NCBI GenBank assembly: GCA_018221085.1
Contig: JAAOXZ010000033.1
Coordinates: forward strand, 1-32,505
From: Candidatus Woesearchaeota archaeon
GTDB lineage: Archaea; Nanobdellota; Nanobdellia; Woesearchaeales; GW2011-AR9
Length of the DNA: 32,505 bases
Direction: 5' to 3'
How positions within the stretch are numbered: the first letter of the stretch is position 1; every line of letters starts with the position of its first letter. The notes beneath the pieces were generated by a model. That model saw only the letters and a program-made list of their open reading frames with translations. It was not told where the DNA came from and made no database searches. Positions 16,354-23,922 of this stretch are shown in pieces. Made by a program: the position numbers and the translations under genes.

Positions 16354-16727
16354 CACGCCATTACACCAACAACAACTAAGTTTACTAGTGGTACTATTAA
16401 CAATACGCCCCACCAGCCAGGTTTTTTAATCGCTTCCGCAATTTTCCACCACATAAATACTAGCACTGCCATCAATGCCAAATTACCCATTAAAGGTATC
16501 AAGGGCAACAATACTGCCAGTGTTAACCAGCCAGGTAGACCGGCCATTTTAGTCATCAGGTAAACATTGGCTATTGGAATCCAAGCCAACCAGGCATTAT
16601 CGGTTTTGGTTTTTTTGGCAATAGTCATCAATGCGAAAGCAAAATAAATGTAGATTGCTATCATACCTACAAACCATGCCACAACAAAAGAACCCATTCC
16701 CATTAATCCAAACGGAGTTAAAGCCAT
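16344..16727 (-). CDS. DUF5684-like membrane protein
   Basis: IAKK...AWLAWIPIANVY and WWG.LL.VPLVN repeated motif; several TM helices; SD GAGGTGA. Confidence 0.8.
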   Translation of the reverse strand: MALTPFGLMGMGSFVVAWFVGMIAIYIYFAFALMTIAKKTKTDNAWLAWIPIANVYLMTKMAGLPGWLTLAVLLPLIPLMGNLALMAVLVFMWWKIAEAIKKPGWWGVLLIVPLVNLVVVGVMAWGK

Positions 16728-16815
16728 ATCATATCACCTCTACTAAAAACTATTATTGTTCGTTATATAAATCTTTTCCAAAAGCTTTTATAATTAATCT
16801 GCTTCTGAACTAAAT

Positions 16816-17820
16816 ATGGCTGAGATTAATTATACAAAATTAGAAGAGATACTAGAAGGTAAAAAAGAATTAGCTATCTTTACTCACACCCATCCCGATC
16901 CAGATTCTATCGGTTCTGCCTTAGGTATGCAATTATTATTAGAAGAACAATTTGGCATTAAAAGTGATATCTACTATCCTGGAAGGATTAGCAATCCCGA
17001 AAACAAAAGTTTAGTTAATCTAAATAATATTGAATTAAATCTTATTGAATCTTTTGATCCGAAAAAATACCATGGAGTTATCCTAGTCGATACTGCTAGA
17101 AGCGAATTAGTTCCGAAACCGTTGGTAATTGTAGATCATCATAAATTAGAAAAAAATAGAGTCAAGGCCCACTTAAAATATATCCGGCCGGTGGGGGCCT
17201 GTGTTACTTTGGTTTTAAAACTACTTTCTCATTATAAAATTGAATTAGATAAACAAAAACACGAACATATTATTACTGCCATGGCCCACGGCATTAGATC
17301 TGATACGGGCAAATTCACTTTAAATGTCGGAACAGAAGATGTCCTGGCTTATGCCGCCTTACATGAATCTATTAATTATGAATTATTAAGAAAAATTGAG
17401 AATCCCCTTAAGACCTCTGCTATGACAGACGCTTTAGCTAATGCCATCAAAGATCGAGAAGTTAAAAATAGTTATCTCATTTCCGGAACAGGAATCGTAG
17501 AAGAAAGCGATGCCATCCCCTTAGCTGCAGATTATTTATTGGATATGGAAGGTATTGAAACTACTATCATTTACGGCGTTGCTGATAACAGAATCCGATG
17601 TTCTATTAGAACTAAAAATTCCAATGTTAACGCTACCGAATTGGCGCAAGCTATTTTTAGCGAAACTCTGGCCGGCGGTAAAATAACTTCTGCTGGGGCT
17701 GATGTGCCTTTGGATTTTTTTAATGAACCAGAATGCGAAGATGAATTATATTCGTTAGTTAAGAAAATCATTCGAAAAAAAGTTTTTCGGGCCATCAAGA
17801 TCAAAGAAGACGAAGACTGA
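16816..17820 (+). CDS. DHH/DHHA1 phosphoesterase (NrnA/oligoribonuclease or cyclic-dinucleotide PDE-like)
   Basis: HTHPDPDSIGS, ILVD, IVDHH, GIRSDT, SIRT, GGK..SAG. Confidence 0.88.
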   Translation: MAEINYTKLEEILEGKKELAIFTHTHPDPDSIGSALGMQLLLEEQFGIKSDIYYPGRISNPENKSLVNLNNIELNLIESFDPKKYHGVILVDTARSELVPKPLVIVDHHKLEKNRVKAHLKYIRPVGACVTLVLKLLSHYKIELDKQKHEHIITAMAHGIRSDTGKFTLNVGTEDVLAYAALHESINYELLRKIENPLKTSAMTDALANAIKDREVKNSYLISGTGIVEESDAIPLAADYLLDMEGIETTIIYGVADNRIRCSIRTKNSNVNATELAQAIFSETLAGGKITSAGADVPLDFFNEPECEDELYSLVKKIIRKKVFRAIKIKEDED

Positions 17821-17827
17821 ATAGTTT

Positions 17828-19027
17828 TTAATTAAATTCAACTAATTTCTTTTGTTTTTCCATTTCCGTGAGGAGTTTACTCTCTTTTAATAACGATTGA
17901 ATATCAAAACCAAATTTTTTCTTTACTAATTCTTCGCAATATTTTAACATTAATGATTTAGAACCAAAAGTAATGGATTTTTCGTTTAAACTTTTACGCG
18001 TTGCTTCCCGACAAACCCATACACCCAAAGGCATATTATATTCTGGCGTAATAAATCGCAGCACTAAAGCACTGTGTTGTCTTTTTAATTCTTTCATTTT
18101 TTCTAGTACTGGTAACCGCGAAGCATAATATCCTCCCGCACATTCTTGGGCATAGCTTTTCCGACCATTAAAATTTTCGTAATCCGTAGAATAAAAAGTT
18201 CCTGTTTTGCTCCAAGGGTTGACTTTGTATTCTAAATAAGTTTCAAATAATTCAAAACTCCACACTTCTGGAAAAAACAACACCAAATAATAGTTCCCCC
18301 ATCCACCACCAAAATAAACTTGGAACTCTCCAACTTGAAGTCTTTTTACTTCCTCTCCGATCTTTTTCCCAACAGTATCATCAATACTAGTAATGCTCCA
18401 GCGAGTGGGCACTAATTTTCTGTTTTTCTTGATTCCTAAATTGCCCACCGAAATTAATTTACTTAAAAAATTTTCATCAAAACCCTTCTGGTATAAGTCC
18501 CATACTCCGGAAACCGCCTTTAAATCAATATCTGAAACAATTTTATCTACTTTAGAATTCACTTTAGTATTTTCCGTAATTCTGATCTTTCTTACTTTTC
18601 CTGCAGGTCCAAAAGGGATTATTTCACTTTCTTTTTCTAAGTGTAGTTTCGGTTTATCTGTTAGATTGATTTCCAATTCTACTGGCTTCGAAGCCATCCC
18701 CACTTCTTGACACACTTCTAAAATCTTGCTTTTTTGATTTAGTAGATCATGGACTCTCGCTTTTTGTTGAGAATTAACTAATCCATAACGCATGTTAGCA
18801 ATTTTATTAATGGAAAAATTACTCGCACTCCATTCTCTGGGCGCATCATAGATTCCGGTATTTTCAGAGAATTGCGGACTCAACACCCCCACATTAACAT
18901 ATGGATAACCAAAGCGACCAATAAAGGGTGCTGGACTACTGCCAAAAAAATCTTCTTTGAAACTTTTATTTAAATTGAATTCGGGGAACCGCTCTACTTC
19001 TTTATATTTCACTCTTTTTATTTGCAT
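17828..19027 (-). CDS. nreA: Archaeal DNA repair protein Nre with C-terminal PIP box
   Basis: FIGRFGYP.V, RKLVPTRWSITSIDD, DYE.F.GRK.YA, GGYYA.RL, Y.MPLGVW.CRE, QKKLVEF. Confidence 0.9.
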   Translation of the reverse strand: MQIKRVKYKEVERFPEFNLNKSFKEDFFGSSPAPFIGRFGYPYVNVGVLSPQFSENTGIYDAPREWSASNFSINKIANMRYGLVNSQQKARVHDLLNQKSKILEVCQEVGMASKPVELEINLTDKPKLHLEKESEIIPFGPAGKVRKIRITENTKVNSKVDKIVSDIDLKAVSGVWDLYQKGFDENFLSKLISVGNLGIKKNRKLVPTRWSITSIDDTVGKKIGEEVKRLQVGEFQVYFGGGWGNYYLVLFFPEVWSFELFETYLEYKVNPWSKTGTFYSTDYENFNGRKSYAQECAGGYYASRLPVLEKMKELKRQHSALVLRFITPEYNMPLGVWVCREATRKSLNEKSITFGSKSLMLKYCEELVKKKFGFDIQSLLKESKLLTEMEKQKKLVEFN

Positions 19028-19084
19028 GGGTTTTCACAATCTCCGCAATTTATATTAATTGTTATCTTCCACCCGTTAAAAACC

Positions 19085-19188
19085 GTAAGTACTATGTCTG
19101 CTTTGCCCATTGAGGCACACGGCGCTCATGAATTAATCAATAAAACCAAGCGCCGTAACTGTGCCGTGCAAGTTGACATAGTACTTAC
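19085..19188. mobile_element. 104-bp MITE, IS66-like ends
   Basis: Perfect 14-bp TIRs GTAAGTACTATGTC (19085-19098)/GACATAGTACTTAC (19175-19188); 8-bp direct repeat TAAAAACC at 19077-19084 and 19189-19196. Confidence 0.8.
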
Positions 19189-19231
19189 TAAAAACCAAAC
19201 CTTTTAAAAGTACACAAAAAATTCTCTATTT

Positions 19232-20275
19232 ATGCTCACTAACAAACAAATCACCTTTATCCAAGAGGAATTAGCCACTGCTAAGAATCCTTTATTTCTC
19301 TTTGATGATGATCCCGATGGGTTATGCTCTTTTATTTTGATGTATAAAATCCACCGCGAAGGCCAAGGAACAGTAGTCAAAACCATCCCCCAAATTACTA
19401 ATCTTTTTTTAAGAAAAGTCCAAGAACGCAACCCCGATAAAATATTTATTTTAGATATGCCGATGGTGGATCAGGAATTTATCAACGCTGCTAAACGGCC
19501 TATCTTTTGGATTGACCATCATCAGCCCCTTGAACGGCAAAAAGTCCACTATTTCAATCCCAGAATAAAAAAACCCGAAGCTTATATCCCTACTACTCGC
19601 ATGGCTTATCAAATTAATCAAAATACTCAAGATTCGTGGTTAGCTATGGTTGGTTGTTTGGGTGATTATCATTTACCTGATTTCCATAAAGAATTTTCCG
19701 AACAATTTCCTAAGTTACTAAAAAAGAAAGTTACTATTGACGAAGCCATTTATCAAGAACCGATTGGTAAATTAGTCCGTGTTTTTTCTTTTCTTTTGAA
19801 GGGCCCCATTTATGAAGTTAATAAGTGTATCAAAATTCTCACTAGAATAAAATCTCCTTATGAAATTTTAGAGCAAGAAACTGCTCAAGGAAAATATCTT
19901 TACAAAAGATTTGAACGCATTGATGTTAAGTATCAAGCTTTATTACAGCAAGCTAAAAAACAATTAAACAAGAAAACTGACAAACCTTTCTTAATTTTTC
20001 CTTATGATGAACAAACCCAATCTTTTACTAGCGAATTATCTAACGAATTATTGCATCTTTATTCTCATAAAATAGTCATTGTAGCTCGGAAAAAATCCGG
20101 AGAGATGAAATGTTCTTTACGCAGTAGACACTTACCTGTGGCTCCAGCTTTGGAAAGGGCCCTAATTGGTATTGAAGGTTATGGTGGCGGTCACGAAATG
20201 GCGTGTGGAGCCTGTATTAAGGAAGAAGATTGGCAGCAATTCTTAATTAATTTTGAGAGGGAACTGAATGCTTAA
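19232..20275 (+). CDS. RecJ-like DHH/DHHA1 family protein
   Basis: DDDPDG, ILD, IDHH, CSLRS, GGGHEMACG. Confidence 0.88.
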   Translation: MLTNKQITFIQEELATAKNPLFLFDDDPDGLCSFILMYKIHREGQGTVVKTIPQITNLFLRKVQERNPDKIFILDMPMVDQEFINAAKRPIFWIDHHQPLERQKVHYFNPRIKKPEAYIPTTRMAYQINQNTQDSWLAMVGCLGDYHLPDFHKEFSEQFPKLLKKKVTIDEAIYQEPIGKLVRVFSFLLKGPIYEVNKCIKILTRIKSPYEILEQETAQGKYLYKRFERIDVKYQALLQQAKKQLNKKTDKPFLIFPYDEQTQSFTSELSNELLHLYSHKIVIVARKKSGEMKCSLRSRHLPVAPALERALIGIEGYGGGHEMACGACIKEEDWQQFLINFERELNA

Positions 20276-20654
20276 ATTATTATTTTCTTTAGGTGGTTTT
20301 TTGGTGGGTTTACTACTTTCTTTTATTGCTCCAGAAGAATTAAAACCGGGAAAAAAATATTTTATATTAATTAAACGAATTTTATTCGTCATGCTTTTCT
20401 TTACTATTAATTTATTTCTTTACCAAGCCAATCAATACTTTTATCTGATTCCTTTTACTATCTTAGCCCTAGTACTGTTCGTTATAGAATTAAAAAATAG
20501 TTCTTGGCACTGGGAAGGTTTAAATTATTTAATTTTTATTGTTCCTTACTTTTTGAATACTGACTCTACTTTCCGTTTAGTACTACCTTCTTTACTTTTC
20601 TTATACGGACTCCCTGCTGGTACATTATTTAGGATAAAGAGAAAAAAATTATAA
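20268..20654 (+). CDS. Hypothetical membrane protein
   Basis: 4-5 hydrophobic segments; overlaps the upstream stop. Confidence 0.75.
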   Translation: MLKLLFSLGGFLVGLLLSFIAPEELKPGKKYFILIKRILFVMLFFTINLFLYQANQYFYLIPFTILALVLFVIELKNSSWHWEGLNYLIFIVPYFLNTDSTFRLVLPSLLFLYGLPAGTLFRIKRKKL

Positions 20655-20676
20655 ACGCCCCCAACAAATAATTTAC

Positions 20677-21027
20677 ATGAATATCGTCACCATTGAAGAA
20701 GTCTATCGGAGAAAAGACCGGAAACTGAGAACTGGCAAACAGTATCCTGTCCTTGGAGAAGAAATTTCTTTCGCTGATAACAAAGAAAGAGTTGTCCCTT
20801 TAGTGGTGGAGAAACTGGTAAGTAAATTATTTATATACCTCAATCAACAGAAAAAAGAAGGAACTCTAGAGGATGCGGTATTTAATTCCAAAGACGAAAT
20901 TGAACAAATATTAACTTTGGTTGATGCCTTTGACGGGCCGGAATTTGATAAACGGATTAGTCCCCAATGTAAAAGAATAATTCAAGGACTAGAGTCTGTT
21001 TACAATGAATATAGTCAGAACTGGTAA
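20677..21027 (+). CDS. Hypothetical protein
   Basis: 116 aa ORF. Confidence 0.65.
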   Translation: MNIVTIEEVYRRKDRKLRTGKQYPVLGEEISFADNKERVVPLVVEKLVSKLFIYLNQQKKEGTLEDAVFNSKDEIEQILTLVDAFDGPEFDKRISPQCKRIIQGLESVYNEYSQNW

Positions 21028-21120
21028 ATCTCTTAATAAGTCAAAAAACAGACTGATATTTTATCTTATTTCTTCAGAAACCTTTAAAAATATCATCCGT
21101 AATTAACTATTAATTAAAAC

Positions 21121-21402
21121 GAGAGGGCCAGCTAGGCTGGGGGGTTAGCTCTCCCTTGTTACCATCAACGAGCTTTATGGTGGAGCCGAAGCCCAAGGAA
21201 GGGATAATTTTGTTTTGCTGGTCTTAAGCGTCTTTGCTGACGGTTTGTCCTTTGGGATGGACTTGTTGGGAACCAGGTCAGGCCGGGAACGGAGCAGCCT
21301 TAACTTTCAATCTTCATGTTCAAAGGGTCGCAAACTCGAGAAGCGTTTAAGGTTAAGCTGGTGAGGCTTTATTGTTTCGACTGCGGGCGTGCCCCTAAAC
21401 TC
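21121..21402 (+). ncRNA. ffs: Archaeal SRP (7S) RNA
   Basis: Alu-like 5' part GCTAGGCTGGGGGGTT...GCCGAAGCCC; helix 8 GGTCAGGCCG-GGAA-CGGAGCAGCC; 3' end GGGCGTGCCC; GC-rich; upstream GAAACC-TTTAAAA promoter. Ends approximate. Confidence 0.9.
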
Positions 21403-21426
21403 TTCTTCTATCAAAACATTTAAATA

Positions 21427-21453
21427 CTATAGCGTTCTATAGCTTACTATGGC
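21427..21453 (+). promoter_or_regulatory. Putative TA autoregulatory operator, CTATRGC x3 at 10-bp period
   Basis: CTATAGC 21427, CTATAGC 21437, CTATGGC 21447, directly after TATA TTTAAATA. Confidence 0.6.
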
Positions 21454-21667
21454 AACCACCATTCAAGTTAGTCAAGAACTAGTTCAGGAATTAAAAAACC
21501 GAAAAATGTTTGATAATGAAAGTTATGAGGCAGTTATTTGGGATCTGATAGAAGACACTATGGAATTATCCGAAGAAACCAAGAGAGACCTTGAGGAATC
21601 AAGAGCCGAAATTAAAGCAGGAAAATTTTATACTTTGTCTCAAGTGAAAAAGAAATTAAATTTGTGA
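21449..21667 (+). CDS. Putative antitoxin (RHH-like N-terminus, RelB-type)
   Basis: MATTIQVS..L..EL....ESYE.VI..LI; C-terminal EI..GK.YTL..VKK.L; upstream of relE. Confidence 0.8.
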   Translation: MATTIQVSQELVQELKNRKMFDNESYEAVIWDLIEDTMELSEETKRDLEESRAEIKAGKFYTLSQVKKKLNL

Positions 21668-21679
21668 GGGTGATTTATT

Positions 21680-21931
21680 TTGTACGAATTGATTTTTTCT
21701 GAAAAAGCTGTAAAACAATTAAATAAGTTGGAACTTCCCATACAAGAAAGGATTATCAAAGTTTTGAATAGGGTTAAATTTAGGCCAGAAGCACATGTTA
21801 AAAAATTAGTGGGAGATCCCGGTTGTAGCCTTAGAGTTGGAGATTATCGAGTAATCGTTGATATCGATAGAGGAATATTAGCTATTTTAGTCATTAAAAT
21901 TGACCATCGTAAAAAAGTTTATAAAAAATAA
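21680..21931 (+). CDS. relE: RelE/ParE family toxin
   Basis: YELIFSEKA.KQL.KL, KKLVG, LRVGDYRVI, IDHRKKVY; TTG start with GAGGGTG SD. Confidence 0.9.
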   Translation: MYELIFSEKAVKQLNKLELPIQERIIKVLNRVKFRPEAHVKKLVGDPGCSLRVGDYRVIVDIDRGILAILVIKIDHRKKVYKK

Positions 21932-22179
21932 GGTCCAACTTTCAAATAAAATAACTGCTCCCCACGCATCACCGTTTCTAAAACTCCTTTCTGCGCTAAC
22001 ATAACACCTATCTGAGAAAAATCTTCATAATCTAATTCCTTACGTAAATAATTTATTTGGAATGCTGGATCAGCATCTATAACTTTCTTAATCTTGGCTT
22101 CAAAGTAATGCCGGCTCATCATTCCTTCGTAAACATCTACTTTTTCTGCAATCGCTTCCAAAACTATTTCTGAATGCAT
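21919..22179 (-). CDS. Hypothetical protein
   Basis: 86 aa ORF convergent with relE. Confidence 0.6.
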   Translation of the reverse strand: MHSEIVLEAIAEKVDVYEGMMSRHYFEAKIKKVIDADPAFQINYLRKELDYEDFSQIGVMLAQKGVLETVMRGEQLFYLKVGPYFL

Positions 22180-22210
22180 TTCAATTTAGAACAAAATTTG
22201 ATTTATTAAC

Positions 22211-22543
22211 TTAATGAATTTCAAACTCTAACTGATCTCCGATTACATAGTTTGTTGGAGTTCCTAATTCTACTACATATTGTCCTTTTTTATCAGAATT
22301 CCATTTGGTAAATGGTTTAAAATTTTGTTTAATCTCTACAATTTTTTTATCAGCATCTAAGACCAATACATCAATTGGATAAAAAACAAAAAAGTTGTGT
22401 AATTTAATCTTCCTTTCCTGATTGAACATCATTACTAAATTCTTTCTCCTAGAAAACATCAACCCCCAACCTTGCGAGAAAATATTATTACAATAATTCT
22501 CTTTTTGACTTAAAATATTTTTCCTAGTTCGATTAATTATCAT
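22211..22543 (-). CDS. DUF192 family protein
   Basis: GLMF, LHNFFVFYPIDVLVLD, YVVEL, GDQL; ATG 22543 lies just after the upstream stop. Confidence 0.88.
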   Translation of the reverse strand: MIINRTRKNILSQKENYCNNIFSQGWGLMFSRRKNLVMMFNQERKIKLHNFFVFYPIDVLVLDADKKIVEIKQNFKPFTKWNSDKKGQYVVELGTPTNYVIGDQLEFEIH

Positions 22544-22544
22544 C

Positions 22545-23516
22545 TTAGATATCCACCGGGAAGAATACATTTCTTAAGATCAAATACAATAAAAACATCC
22601 CAATTAACACCACTGCTTCTTTCTTCCCTAAAGAACGGTGTTTTAATAAGAAAAATAAAATTACTATCGCTCCCAAAATTTTTATTGGCAAATCGTACCA
22701 CACTATTACATTGGGAACAAAATACTTAGAGATCATTGCCCCCAAACCCAGAGCTAAAGTAGGATTGGTAATATTACTGCCAATTAACACTCCCGTAGAC
22801 ATCTCTTTTCTTTTTTTCTTCAAAGCAATTAGTGCCGTCGTCAACTCTGGCAAGGCTGCAGCTATCCCAATAACTAAGACTCCAAAAAAACTGGCACTGA
22901 TAGTTAATTCCATCACTAAAGATTCTGCAGCTATTAATACCCAATTAGCAGCCAAGGCCATTAATACAAAACCAATTAATATCAATGAAACGGTTAACGC
23001 TACTTTTTTAGCAGTTAAATGGTTTTTAGCTCGGATACCTTCATTTAGCTTTTGTCTTTTGAGGTAGACTAAGTAAATCAAGTAACCAATCACTAATGCT
23101 GCTCCTTCCCATCTAGAAATTAAACCGTTGATACTAACTAGCCATAGGGCTACTGCACCTACAATTAGCCCCCCAATAATAGCGGGAATGTTTTTTTTCA
23201 GTACTACTACCGTACCTAAAATGGCCACTATCCCCAAAATAAAATTCTGTTGGAAAATATCTGAACCAATATTAGTTCCTATCACTAGTGAAGAAACCGT
23301 TTGATACAATGAAGGATCTTTTAAAATATGAATGCTGCCCATAATATGGGTCATAATCTCCGGCAAGGAAGTTCCGATGGATAAGATAGTTAACCCAATA
23401 AAAGTTCCCGAGAAACCAAAGTGTTCAGCAATATCTATATTTTTTCTAATTACAAAATGAGCTAGTAAGACAATCACTAAACATCCTATCAATACGATTC
23501 CAAAGTCTACTAACAT
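22545..23516 (-). CDS. Ca2+/cation antiporter, CaCA (YrbG-like)
   Basis: Alpha repeats GTSLPE...NIGSD and AAALPE...IGSNITN; about 10 TM helices. Confidence 0.9.
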   Translation of the reverse strand: MLVDFGIVLIGCLVIVLLAHFVIRKNIDIAEHFGFSGTFIGLTILSIGTSLPEIMTHIMGSIHILKDPSLYQTVSSLVIGTNIGSDIFQQNFILGIVAILGTVVVLKKNIPAIIGGLIVGAVALWLVSINGLISRWEGAALVIGYLIYLVYLKRQKLNEGIRAKNHLTAKKVALTVSLILIGFVLMALAANWVLIAAESLVMELTISASFFGVLVIGIAAALPELTTALIALKKKRKEMSTGVLIGSNITNPTLALGLGAMISKYFVPNVIVWYDLPIKILGAIVILFFLLKHRSLGKKEAVVLIGMFLLYLILRNVFFPVDI

Positions 23517-23621
23517 CTATCTTATTAATAAAATAACAGAACTAAATAAAGGTTACTGAAAGATTTATAAGAATTAACTTTAGAACATTTTATAAATATT
23601 TTACACCTTATATTTATTTAG

Positions 23622-23921
23622 ATGGTCAACCCAGACGAATTATATGTTGTCGATGAGGACAATATTGAAAGGGATATGGACACACTAAGGCAAAAATTAA
23701 AAGAAGCTTATACAAAAAATCCCCTAATAACCATTGGTGAAGCAATTGATAACCTCCAAAATGAATTTTACCGAGGCAGTTTAGAATCTCTTTCTGAAGA
23801 AGAAATTGAAAGAAACCTCGTTCGAGAAATTGCTATTGAAGAATTGGGTTTAGATAAGGTCCCAGTACGGAATCAACATGTTAGTGATTATTTACCTTCA
23901 GAATATTTAAAAAAAGATTGA
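23622..23921 (+). CDS. Acidic hypothetical protein
   Basis: 99 aa ORF with TTTATAAA upstream. Confidence 0.65.
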   Translation: MVNPDELYVVDEDNIERDMDTLRQKLKEAYTKNPLITIGEAIDNLQNEFYRGSLESLSEEEIERNLVREIAIEELGLDKVPVRNQHVSDYLPSEYLKKD

Positions 23922-23922
23922 C

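Noticed and set aside
18684-18695. GGCTTCGAAGCC palindrome as another GCGAAGC-type element
   Set aside because: It encodes ordinary Nre sequence (MASKP) with no sign of insertion.
19022-19207. 61-aa plus-strand ORF
   Set aside because: It runs through the MITE and promoters and is better explained as non-coding.
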